A stretch of 64,000 bases of DNA from positions 160,001-224,000 of the forward strand of contig JBILLK010000004.1 of NCBI GenBank assembly GCA_044376115.1, read 5' to 3'. Below the pieces are notes generated by a model. That model was given only the letters and a program-made list of their open reading frames with translations, did not search any database and was not told the DNA's origin. Shown here piece by piece: positions 19,260 through 31,931 of this stretch. The first letter of the stretch is position 1, and the number at the start of each line of letters is the position of its first letter. The position numbers and the translations under genes were made by a program. Origin of the DNA: Polyangiaceae bacterium (GTDB lineage Bacteria; Myxococcota_A; Polyangia; Polyangiales; Polyangiaceae).

Positions 19260-20581
19260 GGCTTCGACTTCGGCTTTGGCTCGCCCGTCTTCGGCTTCGG
19301 CTCGTTCGGCTTCTGCTTCTTCCCGCTCAGGTGGCCGCCTGTAAGACCGCCCAGTCCAATGCCGGGGGTCATCGGCGGCGGCGTCACTTTGACGAGGGCG
19401 CTGCGGGCAGCGCAGCAGCGCATCGTTTGAGCGGAGCGCTCGATCGAAGGTCCAAGAAGGAACGGCGAGTCGATCGCGATGGTAACCTGCAAACACGGCT
19501 CGGCCTTCTCCTCGACGCGATGCGAGGTCTTGAGCGTGAGGGCGCTCTTGCCGAGGTCACAAGTAAGCTTGCTGCCACGCGGAAGCACCCAGTGCGGCTC
19601 GTTCATCATGCCAAGCCCGCCGAAGCCCAGGCCGTTGCCGAATAAGGCCCCGACGCCCGGTTTGGGCGGAGTCACCGCGTTGTTCGGCGCCGAGACCGTC
19701 GCGGAGATACAGCGGCCGTCGAGCAAGCCGAGGGTACGATCCCCGCGCGATTCCACCCGAGCGATGGTGTTTGCGAAGGGAACACCGCTCAGGTCGATCG
19801 GTCGTCCTGCGAGCCGCACGTCCTCGACGCCGCTCAGAATGAACTTGCCCTCAGAAGGTGACACCTCGGGGACTCTTGTTGGAAGCGAAGCGAAAGAGTG
19901 CCCCACGCTGACGTCGCTTGGGACGAGCGCCAAGCCTCCGCCCACCCGCACCAGGACGCCTTCCGCTGCCTTCAGGAGGTTGGCGCCCGGGAGCAAAAGC
20001 ACGCTCGAGCCATCCTCGAACGTCCGCTCAAAACGCTTGGTCACCACCGGCGCAAGATCCTTCCGCCGCACGAACAGTCGCAGGTCCACATTGGCCTCGT
20101 GGTTCGTGAATTGATCGACGCCGAGCGTGAGTAGGCTGCAGCCAAAATCGAGATTCAGCGCGTCCGCGTAGGGCGACCCCGAGACCTCGAGGAAATCGCC
20201 ATGCACCTTCAGAATGCGCAGCGGCACCGTTGCGTCGAGCTGCGCCTGCCTGCTCCCCTTCTTGAAGGTCGCAAGCTTGAAGCTACGCGACTCGACCTTC
20301 GGCTCGACGAACCAGTCGGCATCACCCCACACGGTGGCGAAACCGGCGAGCGCTTCCTCGGCAGGAGCGCCCGTCGGAGCGACGGCGAGGTCAGCGAGTG
20401 GTGTGGGCGGAGCCGGCTTAGGCACGGAAGCCGCGGCTCCCGAAGGCGCGCCGGCAGGCTGGGACAACGAAGGAGCAGGCGACGCAAGCGCTGCAGTCTC
20501 CGCTGTTTGCCCAACCGGCGCAGGTTCGATCGAAGCGCCGCACGCTGTTAGGCCGCTGAGCCACCAAAGGAGCCAACGCAT
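19256..20581 (-). CDS. Hypothetical lipoprotein
   Basis: MRWLLWWLSGLTAC lipobox, Pro/Ala linker, Lys/Pro tail. Confidence 0.7.
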   Translation of the reverse strand: MRWLLWWLSGLTACGASIEPAPVGQTAETAALASPAPSLSQPAGAPSGAAASVPKPAPPTPLADLAVAPTGAPAEEALAGFATVWGDADWFVEPKVESRSFKLATFKKGSRQAQLDATVPLRILKVHGDFLEVSGSPYADALNLDFGCSLLTLGVDQFTNHEANVDLRLFVRRKDLAPVVTKRFERTFEDGSSVLLLPGANLLKAAEGVLVRVGGGLALVPSDVSVGHSFASLPTRVPEVSPSEGKFILSGVEDVRLAGRPIDLSGVPFANTIARVESRGDRTLGLLDGRCISATVSAPNNAVTPPKPGVGALFGNGLGFGGLGMMNEPHWVLPRGSKLTCDLGKSALTLKTSHRVEEKAEPCLQVTIAIDSPFLLGPSIERSAQTMRCCAARSALVKVTPPPMTPGIGLGGLTGGHLSGKKQKPNEPKPKTGEPKPKSKP

Positions 20582-20589
20582 CGACGAGC

Positions 20590-21141
20590 TCATCCCGGTT
20601 GCGGAAAGCCGTTGAAGCACCACTGTTGGAAGTCGGCGCTCACGTTGGTAACGATCTCCACCGTCTGCTCACAATTGTTGGGGTCCACCACCGAGGTCAG
20701 GGCCGGAGTGTTATTGCAGGCAGGTACGCAGAAGTTCGTGAAGAAGGTTTGCTCGTCCGCCGACCCAGTGAAGCCGGGGCAGTTCTGATCTTGCAGGCCG
20801 CAGCCGTAGAGCACCTTGCAGGCCTCTTCGCATACGCTGCTGCTTCCGCCTGCTCCGCCGGTGTTTGCACCACCCGAACTCGAGCCGCCAGTGCTGGTTC
20901 CACCGCCTACGCTCGACCCTCCGGTGCTCGTTCCGCCGCCAGTGTTTGAACCGCCGGTGCTGGTCCCCGCACCGGTATTGGTGCCAGCGCCGGTATTGGT
21001 ACCAGCGCCAGTATTCGTACCCGCGCCGGTAGCGCCCGTGCCACCCGAGCCGTCGTCTCCGTCTGGCTCGAAGACGACGTTTCCACCGCACGAAATGAGC
21101 ACGGTGCAAAGCAAGATGCGCGCGTTCTTGAGTACGACCAT
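20590..21141 (-). CDS. Gly/Thr-repeat Cys-rich lipoprotein
   Basis: LISC lipobox, GTNTGA repeats, Cys-rich C-terminal domain. Confidence 0.7.
   Translation of the reverse strand: MVVLKNARILLCTVLISCGGNVVFEPDGDDGSGGTGATGAGTNTGAGTNTGAGTNTGAGTSTGGSNTGGGTSTGGSSVGGGTSTGGSSSGGANTGGAGGSSSVCEEACKVLYGCGLQDQNCPGFTGSADEQTFFTNFCVPACNNTPALTSVVDPNNCEQTVEIVTNVSADFQQWCFNGFPQPG
20880..21035 (-). repeat. Imperfect coding tandem repeat (GTNTGA / GTSTGG units)
   Basis: 18-nt degenerate units visible in the sequence. Confidence 0.7.
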
Positions 21142-21190
21142 GCGCCGGATGCTGGCATGGATCCCGACGCGGCGGTAGCGGCCGCGACGA

Positions 21191-23863
21191 CTAGAAAGCG
21201 TTGCCGATCGTGAACTCGAACACGCTGGTTTCTTCGTACTCGAGCGGGTTGAACGGGAAGCCCCACTCGAAGCGCAGCGGCCCGAGCGGCGAATTCCAAC
21301 GCAGACCAAAGCCCCAGCTGGTGCGGACGTCCAGCAGGCTCTCGGGGCCGAAGCAAGGGTCGGTCACGTCGTCGGGCGAGGCCGGCGCAGCGTCACAGTA
21401 CAGGTCCTCGAAGTTCCAGGCGTTACCGAGATCGGTGAACACCACACCGCGCAGCTGCACAGCCTCGACGATCGGGAACTCGATCTCGACGTTCTGGTAG
21501 TACATCAGGTTGCCGCCGATGTTGGCGCCGTTGCGGATCGGGTCACTGTTCTCGTCGAGCGACTCACGCAGCGGCAACCGCGGCCCGACGGTGCGCAGGC
21601 GGAAGCCACGCAGATCGAAGATGCCGCCGAGGAAGAAGCGACCGTAGATCGGCACGCCGGTGGCGTCGGGGCTGGTGACTGCGCCGAACTCGTTGTTGTA
21701 GCGGAAGATGATAGAGTCGGTGATCGCGTAGTAACCGCGGAAGTTACCGCGGTACTTGATGAACTGGTTCTCGCTGCCGAGAAAGCCCATCGCGAGCTCG
21801 GCCGAGAGATTGAGGTAAACGCCCGAGGTCGGGAACAGCTGGTTGTTGCGCATGTCGAGCGTGAGGCTCGGCTTGAGGCTGGAGGTCAGACCGTCGTTGA
21901 ACAGGTTGGCCAGCGGCAGCTTCTTGAACACGCTGACTGAGCTCGCCGTGCCGAAGAAGGTCGACGTCGTCGAGGTCGAGATCTCGTCGTTCTGCAGGGT
22001 GTAGGTGACGGACGCGCGCAGCTCCGGCTGGATGATCGGGTAGCCGAGGGTGAGCGCTCCACCGAGCGAGTTCTGCGAGAACTGATCGTAGAGGTTGAGC
22101 CGGTCATAAAGGCTGATCGCCCCGGAGATATCGGTGTCGAACAAGTACGGCTCGACCAAGCGGAAGTCGATCAACTGGCGCAGACCGCTGATCTGAGCCT
22201 GCAGCGCAAAGGACTGACCGTTGCCGAAGAGGTTGGCTTGCTGAATCTGCGCAGTGGCGATGAAGCTCTCGATGCTGCTGAAACCAGCGCCGATTTGGAA
22301 GGTGCCGGTCGGCTTCTCGACCACCTCGATGTTGACATTGATCAGGTCGTCGTTCTCGCCTTGCTCGGTCGCCAGATCCACGCGATCGAAGTAGCCGAGC
22401 TGGGCGATGCGACGCTTGCTGCGTTCGAGCGACGTCTCGCTGAACAGCTTACGCTCCTCGATCTCGAGCTCACGACGGATCACGCGGTCACGCGTCTTGG
22501 TGTTGCCACGCACCTCGATGCGGCCGAAGTAAACGAGGTTCTTGCGCTGAATACCGATGCGCAGATCCACCTCTTTGCTGTCGGGATCCACGTCGTTGTC
22601 GAGCGGGACCTCCACGTTGGCGTAGCCTTTGTCGCGGTAAAGCCGCTGAACGTTGCCGATGTCCTTTGCGATGGAGGCGCGGTTGAAGAAGTCACCCGGC
22701 TTGGCGCGGATCATCTCGCGCAGCGCACGCCGACCGCCGAGCGGCTCGGTCTCTTTGCCGTCCGCATCGCGCTCGTAGATCGTCACCGAGCGGACCTTGA
22801 AGCGCGGCCCCTCGTTGATCGGGATGGTGATTTCGATGCCGGTGCGATCCGGCGTGATCTGCACGCGGGGCGTAGCCACCGAGACCGCCAAAAAACCGCG
22901 ATCGTAATAGAGCGAGTTGATCACCAGCACGTCGCGCTCGAAGGCGTCTGCGCGGAAGGACGCGCCCGCTCCGAAATCGAAGAAGGTGGTCTGGCCGGTG
23001 ATCATCAGCTCGCGCAGCACGCCGTCGGAGATGTTGTGATTGCCGACGAAGTTGATGCGCCGGATGGTCACCTGCTCGTGCTCGCGGATCTTGAACTTGA
23101 GCGCGACCTCGTTGTCTTTGGGCGGTGAATCCACCGACTCGACCTCGGCCAGGAAGAAGCCCTCTTCAGCGTATTTATCGCGCAGCTTTTGGACGCCGCG
23201 GCGGACGGCTGAGTAGGAGAGCACGCTGCCGACCTTGACCTCGGCGCTCAGCGCCTCGGTCAGCTCCTCAGCGTCGAGGGCGCTGTTACCCTCGAATTCG
23301 ACCGACTTGATGCTCGGCCGCTCAATCACGGTGAAGCGCAAGTCGATGCTGGCTTCACGGCGGTTCAGGTCGACCTTGATGTCGGAGAAGTAGAGTGAAC
23401 GCCACATCTCCTTCACGTCTTGCGCGAGCCCTTCGGGGCTGAAGATCTGGCCCTCGCGCGAGTTTCGAATAAGCGCTTCAATATCTTCGACCGGCAAACG
23501 GGTCTGACCCGTGACGGTGACCTTGTCGATGGTCATCCCGCGCGCGAGCTCGCCTTCGGTCGGCGGGAGTGGGGGCAATTCCGCCACGGTGCGCGGAGGC
23601 TGGCCGGCCGGGGGCTGGCCCGCTGGCGGCTGAGCACTGGCCGAAGGCGCCGCGCTCGCCGCAGGCGCCGCCGAAGCCGAAGGCGCGGCGCTAGCCGAAG
23701 GCACGGGTTGCGCCCAACTCTCGCTCGTTCCGAGCAGCACAGCGAACGTACTGCTGATCAAGGCGAACAGAGGCAAAGACCTTCGCAGGCACGAGGCAGC
23801 GACGAGCGCTGCCCACGGCTCAACGAAGAACGAACGAACTCTGGGTTGGGTCTGGTCGGGCAT
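21191..23863 (-). CDS. bamA: Outer membrane protein assembly factor BamA
   Basis: POTRA repeats (GNTKTRDRVIRRE), NLFGNG, LRGF, SPLGPLRF, C-terminal FTIGNAF. Confidence 0.95.
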   Translation of the reverse strand: MPDQTQPRVRSFFVEPWAALVAASCLRRSLPLFALISSTFAVLLGTSESWAQPVPSASAAPSASAAPAASAAPSASAQPPAGQPPAGQPPRTVAELPPLPPTEGELARGMTIDKVTVTGQTRLPVEDIEALIRNSREGQIFSPEGLAQDVKEMWRSLYFSDIKVDLNRREASIDLRFTVIERPSIKSVEFEGNSALDAEELTEALSAEVKVGSVLSYSAVRRGVQKLRDKYAEEGFFLAEVESVDSPPKDNEVALKFKIREHEQVTIRRINFVGNHNISDGVLRELMITGQTTFFDFGAGASFRADAFERDVLVINSLYYDRGFLAVSVATPRVQITPDRTGIEITIPINEGPRFKVRSVTIYERDADGKETEPLGGRRALREMIRAKPGDFFNRASIAKDIGNVQRLYRDKGYANVEVPLDNDVDPDSKEVDLRIGIQRKNLVYFGRIEVRGNTKTRDRVIRRELEIEERKLFSETSLERSKRRIAQLGYFDRVDLATEQGENDDLINVNIEVVEKPTGTFQIGAGFSSIESFIATAQIQQANLFGNGQSFALQAQISGLRQLIDFRLVEPYLFDTDISGAISLYDRLNLYDQFSQNSLGGALTLGYPIIQPELRASVTYTLQNDEISTSTTSTFFGTASSVSVFKKLPLANLFNDGLTSSLKPSLTLDMRNNQLFPTSGVYLNLSAELAMGFLGSENQFIKYRGNFRGYYAITDSIIFRYNNEFGAVTSPDATGVPIYGRFFLGGIFDLRGFRLRTVGPRLPLRESLDENSDPIRNGANIGGNLMYYQNVEIEFPIVEAVQLRGVVFTDLGNAWNFEDLYCDAAPASPDDVTDPCFGPESLLDVRTSWGFGLRWNSPLGPLRFEWGFPFNPLEYEETSVFEFTIGNAF

Positions 23864-24001
23864 TCAGCGGTCCCCCAACTCAACTCGGGGGTAGCCCGTG
23901 AGTGTTGGGACGAAAGGCGCGGGAACCCGTACTCCACCCGGGAGGCGGTCACAAGCGCGTCAAACGCTGGGAGCAAGTCCTTGGCATGCAGCCGCTAGGC
24001 C

Positions 24002-24030
24002 TTGACCGGATTGACGGTCCCCTTTAGATA
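24002..24030 (+). promoter_or_regulatory. Possible sigma70 promoter for the topoisomerase operon
   Basis: TTGACC-17 nt-TAGATA; the -10 box is imperfect. Confidence 0.3.
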
Positions 24031-24079
24031 GGCGCGTTGCGCACTGAACGCGGGTTTACCGCGTGCGCCGAAATGACCT

Positions 24080-26437
24080 ATGCGACCTCGCGGCAACGAC
24101 GTCAAAGCTACGCCCCCCCTCTACTTCGAGGATGCACCGCTCTCCAAAGAAGCGGAGCGTCGCTACCTCAACTACGCGCTGAGCGTGATCACCTCGCGCG
24201 CCCTCCCCGACGTGCGGGATGGGCTCAAGCCGGTGCAACGCCGCATCCTCTACACGATGCAGCATGACCTGCATCTCGGGGCGGACGCCAAACCGAAGAA
24301 GAGCGCGCGCGTCGTCGGTGACGTAATGGGTAAGTACCACCCACACGGCGACCAAGCGATCTATGACGCGATGGTGCGCATGGCCCAAAGCTGGGTGTTG
24401 CGCGTCCCGCTCGTCGAGGGCCAGGGCAACTTCGGCAGCATCGACGGGGACGGCGCGGCCGCCATGCGTTACACCGAGTCGCGTTTGCGGCCGATCGCCG
24501 ACGAGCTGCTCAAAGAGCTCGGCCAGCGCACGGTGGAGTGGCGCCCCAACTACGACGGCACCCAGAGCGAACCGACGGTGTTGCCGGCGCGCTTCCCGCA
24601 GCTCTTGGTGAACGGCGCCCAAGGCATCGCCGTCGGTATGGCCACCACCATCCCGCCGCACAACCTCGGGGAGATCATCGACGCCTCCATCCTCTCGATC
24701 GAGGACCCGTCGGTCACCACCAAGAAGCTACTTTCGGTCGTGAAGGGTCCTGATTTTCCGACCGGCGGCCTGCTCACCGCAACCAAGCGCGAGCTCGAAG
24801 ACGTGTATGAAAGCGGCTCCGGGTCGTTCAAGTTGCGCGGCGAATGGACCACGGAGGAAGACGGTAAGCGCGGCACACAGCTGATCGTGACGTCGATCCC
24901 ATTCTCGGTCGAACGCGGCGCCATCGTCGAGAAGATCGCAGCGGTGATCATCAGCAAGAAGCTGCCCGGCCTGCTCGACGTGCGGGACGAGTCGACCGAC
25001 GTGATTCGCATCGTGATGGAGCTCAAGAAAGGCACCGATCCGAATCTGGTGATGGCGTACCTCTACAAGCAGACGCCGCTCGCGCAGAACGTCCAGGTCA
25101 ACATGACCTGCCTCGTGCCGATCGGCGGTGAAGATGCGCTGGGCGCGCCGCTGATGGGGCCGAAGCGGCTCGGGCTTGCCGCCATCCTGCGGGAGTTCCT
25201 GACCTTCCGGCAGAAGACGCTGCAGCGTCGGCTGCAGTTCGAGCTGGGTGAACTACAAGCCCGCATCCACCTGCTCGAGGGCTTCGAGATCGTCTTCGAT
25301 GCGCTCGACGAGGTGATCCGCATCATCCGCGCGAGCGAGGGCCGCGCCGATGCGAAGGCCAAGCTGATGAAGCGCTTCGAGCTCACCGAGGAGCAGACCG
25401 ACGCGATCTTGGATCTGCGTCTTTACAAGCTCGCCAAGCTCGAAATTCTGCTCATTCGCAAAGAGCTCGCGGAGAAGCGCGCCGAAGCGAAGAAGCTGGA
25501 GACGTTGCTCAAGAGCGACGCCAAGCAGTGGGATCTGATCAAGGCTGAGCTCTCGCGCATCAAGGCGGAGTTCTCGGACAAGCGTCGCACCAAAATCACC
25601 AGCACCGCCGCCGAGGCCGAGTTCCAAGAGGAGGACTTCATCACCTTGGAAGACGCCACGGTGGTGCTCTCGGCTCAAGGCTGGATCAAGCGCGCCCGCG
25701 AGATCAAAGACGTCGCGGCCACGCGCCTGCGTGACGGTGACACTGTGCTCGAGGTAACGGCGGGCTCCACGCGCTCGTCGCTCGCCTTCTTCTCGTCGTA
25801 CGGCAGCTGCTACACCACCCGCATCCACGATGTGCCGCCCTCCACCGGCTACGGAGATCCGGTGCAGAAGCTGTTCAAGCTGGCCGACGGTGAGCGCATG
25901 TTGTCGATGCTCAGCTTCGATCCGCGCGTTTTGGAGGTGCCCGAGCCGGAAGGCGATGAGCCGCAGGCGCCTTTCGCTGTCGCCATCACCAAGCAAGGCC
26001 TCGGCTTCAAATTCTCGCTGCGTGGCCACCGCGATCCTTCCACGCGCGCGGGCCGCAAATACGCGCGGCTCAACGAAGGGGACGAGATCGTGTTCGTCGG
26101 TCTGCTCGAGAATGACTCCGATGCGGTAGCCACCATCTCCAGCGATGGCCACGCCCTGGTGGTCAAGACCAAGGAGCTCGCGCTGCTCTCGGGCGCGGGC
26201 AAAGGCACCATCGTACAAAAGCTCGCCGAGGGCGAACGGCTGCTTGGCGGCGTGATCGCACCCAAAGGCAAAGGTTTGTTGATGTTCGAGACCGACAAGG
26301 GCCGCTTGCTCCAGCTCGACGTAACCAAGGTTGCTGGCGCTCGCGCCTCGCGCGGCGAGCTGGTGACGAAGAAGGACAAGCCTGTGAAAGTCGTGATGCC
26401 AGCCCCCACCGCGCCTGCAATGCGCGAGGAGACCTGA
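24080..26437 (+). CDS. parC: Type IIA topoisomerase subunit A, topoisomerase IV (ParC)-like
   Basis: [29 protein letters not shown] catalytic Tyr; no GyrA-box visible at the CTD start. Confidence 0.85.
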   Translation: MRPRGNDVKATPPLYFEDAPLSKEAERRYLNYALSVITSRALPDVRDGLKPVQRRILYTMQHDLHLGADAKPKKSARVVGDVMGKYHPHGDQAIYDAMVRMAQSWVLRVPLVEGQGNFGSIDGDGAAAMRYTESRLRPIADELLKELGQRTVEWRPNYDGTQSEPTVLPARFPQLLVNGAQGIAVGMATTIPPHNLGEIIDASILSIEDPSVTTKKLLSVVKGPDFPTGGLLTATKRELEDVYESGSGSFKLRGEWTTEEDGKRGTQLIVTSIPFSVERGAIVEKIAAVIISKKLPGLLDVRDESTDVIRIVMELKKGTDPNLVMAYLYKQTPLAQNVQVNMTCLVPIGGEDALGAPLMGPKRLGLAAILREFLTFRQKTLQRRLQFELGELQARIHLLEGFEIVFDALDEVIRIIRASEGRADAKAKLMKRFELTEEQTDAILDLRLYKLAKLEILLIRKELAEKRAEAKKLETLLKSDAKQWDLIKAELSRIKAEFSDKRRTKITSTAAEAEFQEEDFITLEDATVVLSAQGWIKRAREIKDVAATRLRDGDTVLEVTAGSTRSSLAFFSSYGSCYTTRIHDVPPSTGYGDPVQKLFKLADGERMLSMLSFDPRVLEVPEPEGDEPQAPFAVAITKQGLGFKFSLRGHRDPSTRAGRKYARLNEGDEIVFVGLLENDSDAVATISSDGHALVVKTKELALLSGAGKGTIVQKLAEGERLLGGVIAPKGKGLLMFETDKGRLLQLDVTKVAGARASRGELVTKKDKPVKVVMPAPTAPAMREET

Positions 26438-26438
26438 G

Positions 26439-28382
<1,944 letters not shown>

Positions 28383-28567
28383 AGTCGAAGGTCGTCGGCG
28401 GAACCCGTGACGTGGCGGTTACGCCTCGTGAACGAGTATTCACACAGCCCGACTGAACAGCCGACTTTCCAGCACATTTTAGGCAAATAGGGTTTGGCCC
28501 GGCGGTTGCTTAAGGGGAATCACAAGCGCGGGTTCAAAGAGAGCCCACGCGGACGAGGAGAGCCCCT

Positions 28568-29035
28568 GTGTTGAGCCAAACCGCCGTTGCTTACGTTCCC
28601 CCCGCCCCGCAGTCCCACAGCCAACTCAAGAGCGACATCACCGGTCTAATCGCCGCCAACAATCGTGAAGCGGACGAGCTTACGAACGCCTCCGAAGAGC
28701 GCGTTCTTCCCGGGACGATGCTGCGCCTGATCGCCGCACGCACCCGCATCTTCGAGGCAGCCCGCGCAGGCCAGCGCATCCGCACCTACGAGGTCGCGCT
28801 CGATCTCGACATGAGCGAGTTCCACTTCGCTCGGCAATTCCGCCTGGCCTTCGATCGCTCACCGCACGTCTATTACGACGAGGTTCGTGCCGAGAGCGCC
28901 CGCGCTCTGCTAGCTGCCGGCCTCTCCGACGGTGTGGTCGCTCGGAAGATTGGCTTCCGCCGTCCTGCTGAGCTGCGCGCTCTCTTGTCCAAGCGCGTGC
29001 CCGGTACGCTTCCCCCCGAGCTGATGCGTGCGTGA
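28568..29035 (+). CDS. Single-domain AraC-family HTH regulator
   Basis: MSEFHFARQFRLAF..SPHVY..VR..ARALL..VARKIGF; GAGGAG RBS. Confidence 0.75.
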   Translation: MLSQTAVAYVPPAPQSHSQLKSDITGLIAANNREADELTNASEERVLPGTMLRLIAARTRIFEAARAGQRIRTYEVALDLDMSEFHFARQFRLAFDRSPHVYYDEVRAESARALLAAGLSDGVVARKIGFRRPAELRALLSKRVPGTLPPELMRA

Positions 29036-29079
29036 GCGGGGGGCCGCAGCGCCACCGCCCACAGACGCGATGACGAACG

Positions 29080-29898
29080 TCAGCTCGCTTCAGCGCTGAG
29101 CTTTTCGCCCGAAACTTTATCGTTTGCTTCCTTCGTCTGTTCCACAGGCTCCACCGTTCCTCCGATTGAAACCAGAAGCTCGGCCAACGCCGCTCGGGTT
29201 CTGTCACGGAGGTCTGCGACGCGGAGGCCTTCCTTCCCGTCTTTGCGTGCATAGAGCGGCTTGCCGACCACGACGCGCACCACACGATGGTTGTTAGCGC
29301 CGGTGTCTCGTGCTCCGCGTTTCATCAGGTCGAAGGTCCCTTGCAACGCAACCGGCACCACCGGCACGTCGCCACGGATCGCCGCATGAAAAGCGCCGTT
29401 TTTGAACGCCCGCATGGAGCCCGTCTCGGTGCGTGTACCTTCCGGGAAGACGAGCAACGGCTTGCCCTCCTTGAGCACCTCAACGAACCGCTGAATCACT
29501 TGGGCCGCCGCGCGGGAGCCGGAACCTCGGTCCACCGGCACATGGCCGGAGAGCTTGAGATGCCAGCCAAGAAACGGAATCTTTAGGAGCGAGCGCTTCG
29601 CGGCCCACTTGTAGTCCCCGGGTAGAGCGCTGCCGAGCACCAACACATCGACGATACTCTGATGGTTGCTGCAATAGATGAAGGCCGCGTCCTTCGGGAC
29701 GTTCTCGAGCCCCTCGGCGATCACCTCGATGTCGAGTGCCTTCGCGCTCGACTGACACCACCGCCGCATCGCCCAAAGGCTCGCTCGATGATCCTTCGTC
29801 AGCGGCCCGAGGGTAACCGACAAGGTCCCGTAGTACGCCGTGCGCGCGGCAAAGGGTCCCCACTGCTTGCTTGCTCGTAGCCAAGAAAGGACTGACAC
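29080..29898 (-). CDS. plsC: 1-acyl-sn-glycerol-3-phosphate acyltransferase
   Basis: NHQSIVD, FPEGTRT, FKNGAF motifs. Confidence 0.9.
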   Translation of the reverse strand: MSVLSWLRASKQWGPFAARTAYYGTLSVTLGPLTKDHRASLWAMRRWCQSSAKALDIEVIAEGLENVPKDAAFIYCSNHQSIVDVLVLGSALPGDYKWAAKRSLLKIPFLGWHLKLSGHVPVDRGSGSRAAAQVIQRFVEVLKEGKPLLVFPEGTRTETGSMRAFKNGAFHAAIRGDVPVVPVALQGTFDLMKRGARDTGANNHRVVRVVVGKPLYARKDGKEGLRVADLRDRTRAALAELLVSIGGTVEPVEQTKEANDKVSGEKLSAEAS

Positions 29899-29991
29899 TC
29901 TTCTTCGCTAGCAGAGCTTGTGCTCGATGTTGAGCGCAACACGCATAGCGACCACTCAGTCACGCTCGCGCGCAACAAGGCGACCAACCGG

Positions 29992-30915
29992 TCACCTTCG
30001 CGGGCCCTTCGGCGGTGGAGCGTTCGCCGGTACATACGGCGGCATCAGAGCTCCCCAGCCGAGTGAAACAGCGCCGCCCGCGCGCTCGAACTTCACGCTG
30101 AAGACAGCCGGCTTGTTCACGTCGCTCACCACGCCACGACGCATCTTCCCGAGATGTTCGGCCCAAACGGCGGTACCGACCTTCGGCTCGTAGGTGACAG
30201 GAATCAGCACCAAATCGGCTGTCTTGACGATCGCAGAGGCACCACCGTAGCCAAGCGCAAGCCACTCCGTCGCGTCCTTCCCCTCGCCCGCGACGGGCGC
30301 CACCAAGAGCATGTGCTCATAGCCCTCCCCGGTGCGCCATGCGACGTAGTTGCCCGGCGCAAAGCCGTCCGATTGAGCCATCAGCTGCTCGGCTTCGAGC
30401 AAGCGATCGCCGTGTTGCGGCGTGTCGGTCAGACGGACACTGACCTTGTTTTTGCTCATGCCTTTGACCACGCCGTGGCGCAGCAAGCCGGCAAACGAAG
30501 TGATCACGGGCTGATTCAAACGCGGCGTGCGCGCCCCCGGTTGATGCACCACGAGGTAGCTTGGGTGAAGCGGGTAGTCAGGGTCCTCTCCACCGTCGAT
30601 GAGCAGGAAATCCCGGTCTTTTCCGGCCACCGTCGTCGCCCGCAGCTGAAAGGCGCTGCCCAACTTGGCGCCGCGCAGCATCGCTACGGGAACCGCGTAA
30701 ACGACGGTTCCGGGCGCAAGATCCAGCTTCCGAGCTGGGAGGTCGAGCGGGTTGGGATTGACCGCTTGGGTCGTCACCACCGGCTTTGCCCGGGGCAGTA
30801 GCGACGACACCTCCGGCGCTTTGGGCGCTACCTCGACCGAGTCCGCGTCACCGCACGACCACAAGGCGCACAAGGCGCCGAGCAGGCAGACGGAATGACG
30901 AGGCTTTAGGCTCAC
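29992..30915 (-). CDS. Hypothetical lipoprotein, possibly tandem SH3/Tudor-like barrels
   Basis: LWSC lipobox; short beta-rich modules; start uncertain. Confidence 0.6.
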   Translation of the reverse strand: MSLKPRHSVCLLGALCALWSCGDADSVEVAPKAPEVSSLLPRAKPVVTTQAVNPNPLDLPARKLDLAPGTVVYAVPVAMLRGAKLGSAFQLRATTVAGKDRDFLLIDGGEDPDYPLHPSYLVVHQPGARTPRLNQPVITSFAGLLRHGVVKGMSKNKVSVRLTDTPQHGDRLLEAEQLMAQSDGFAPGNYVAWRTGEGYEHMLLVAPVAGEGKDATEWLALGYGGASAIVKTADLVLIPVTYEPKVGTAVWAEHLGKMRRGVVSDVNKPAVFSVKFERAGGAVSLGWGALMPPYVPANAPPPKGPRR

Positions 30916-31055
30916 GCGGGCGAGCCTTGCACAGCCCACCGCCTAGGTCGAGCGGACCGAACCCAGCCGCCTTTTGTCCCCAATCTGCAGCGCCAGGCGC
31001 GTTGAAAGCGAGTCATTCGGCCGCGGGCGTCTGCGTTTGCTAACCTTGCTCCATC

Positions 31056-31931
31056 TTGCGTCGCCTCGTCGAGCTTCCAGACAAAGGTCTCCTCATGGTG
31101 GCCACCGACCTTCAAGGCAATCTCGGCGACTACGAGACCTTGGAGCGTCGTTTTGAAAGCGTGCGCGCAACGCGTAGCGACGTGTATCTGCTCATCACCG
31201 GAGACCTGGTTCACGGCCCGGAGATCCCCAAAGACGTATGGCCGCCGCATCTCGGAGCCTTCTATCAAGGGGACTCAGCGGCCTTGGTCAAGCGCGCTCA
31301 GCAGCTGAAGGAGCGGCATCCCGATCACGTGCATTTCCTCTTGGGCAACCACGAGCATGCTCACGTTGGTGGTCCTGTCGTGTCCAAGTTCTTTCCCGAC
31401 GAAGCAGAACGACTCGAAGGCCTCATGGCTCCGGAAGAAGCGGCAAGTTTTCGCGATTGGATCCGCGATTGGCCGTTCGTTGCGATCGCGAAGGACGCCG
31501 GCCTTTGCTTTACGCATGCAGCTCCGTTTGCACCGATTCAGTCGGCTGAAGAGCTGGACCGGCTACCGCTGCTGGTCAACGTCGAGGACGAGGTCGACCT
31601 GGAAGGGCGGTCGATGATCATCGCGCTCCTTTGGGCGCGCACCGCCTCGAGCGAGCGAGCGCACGCGTTCCTCCGTGCGCTTCACCCTTCTCTGCGCGTG
31701 GCCGTTTATGGTCACGACGTCGCCAACGAGGGCTACGCGATCGATCGCGAGCCATTGCTCTGCATCTCCTCAAGCTTCGGCTGTCACGACGGCGACAAAC
31801 TGATCCTCGAGTGGGACCTCTCCGTGCGCGCCCAAAGCGCCGTTCACGTCGCCCACACAGGGCTTCGGCCGCTCTACCCGGACGTTCCGCCCGTGCACCG
31901 CAAGCTCGTGTGGCCTCGCGCCAACGGCTAA
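31056..31931 (+). CDS. Metallophosphoesterase (calcineurin-like)
   Basis: TDLQGN, TGDLVHG, LGNHE, FTHA, YGHD. Confidence 0.8.
   Translation: MRRLVELPDKGLLMVATDLQGNLGDYETLERRFESVRATRSDVYLLITGDLVHGPEIPKDVWPPHLGAFYQGDSAALVKRAQQLKERHPDHVHFLLGNHEHAHVGGPVVSKFFPDEAERLEGLMAPEEAASFRDWIRDWPFVAIAKDAGLCFTHAAPFAPIQSAEELDRLPLLVNVEDEVDLEGRSMIIALLWARTASSERAHAFLRALHPSLRVAVYGHDVANEGYAIDREPLLCISSSFGCHDGDKLILEWDLSVRAQSAVHVAHTGLRPLYPDVPPVHRKLVWPRANG

Noticed and set aside
20880..21035. CRISPR-like periodic repeats here and at 50961-51032
   Set aside because: In-frame coding low-complexity repeats without unique spacers, and no cas genes
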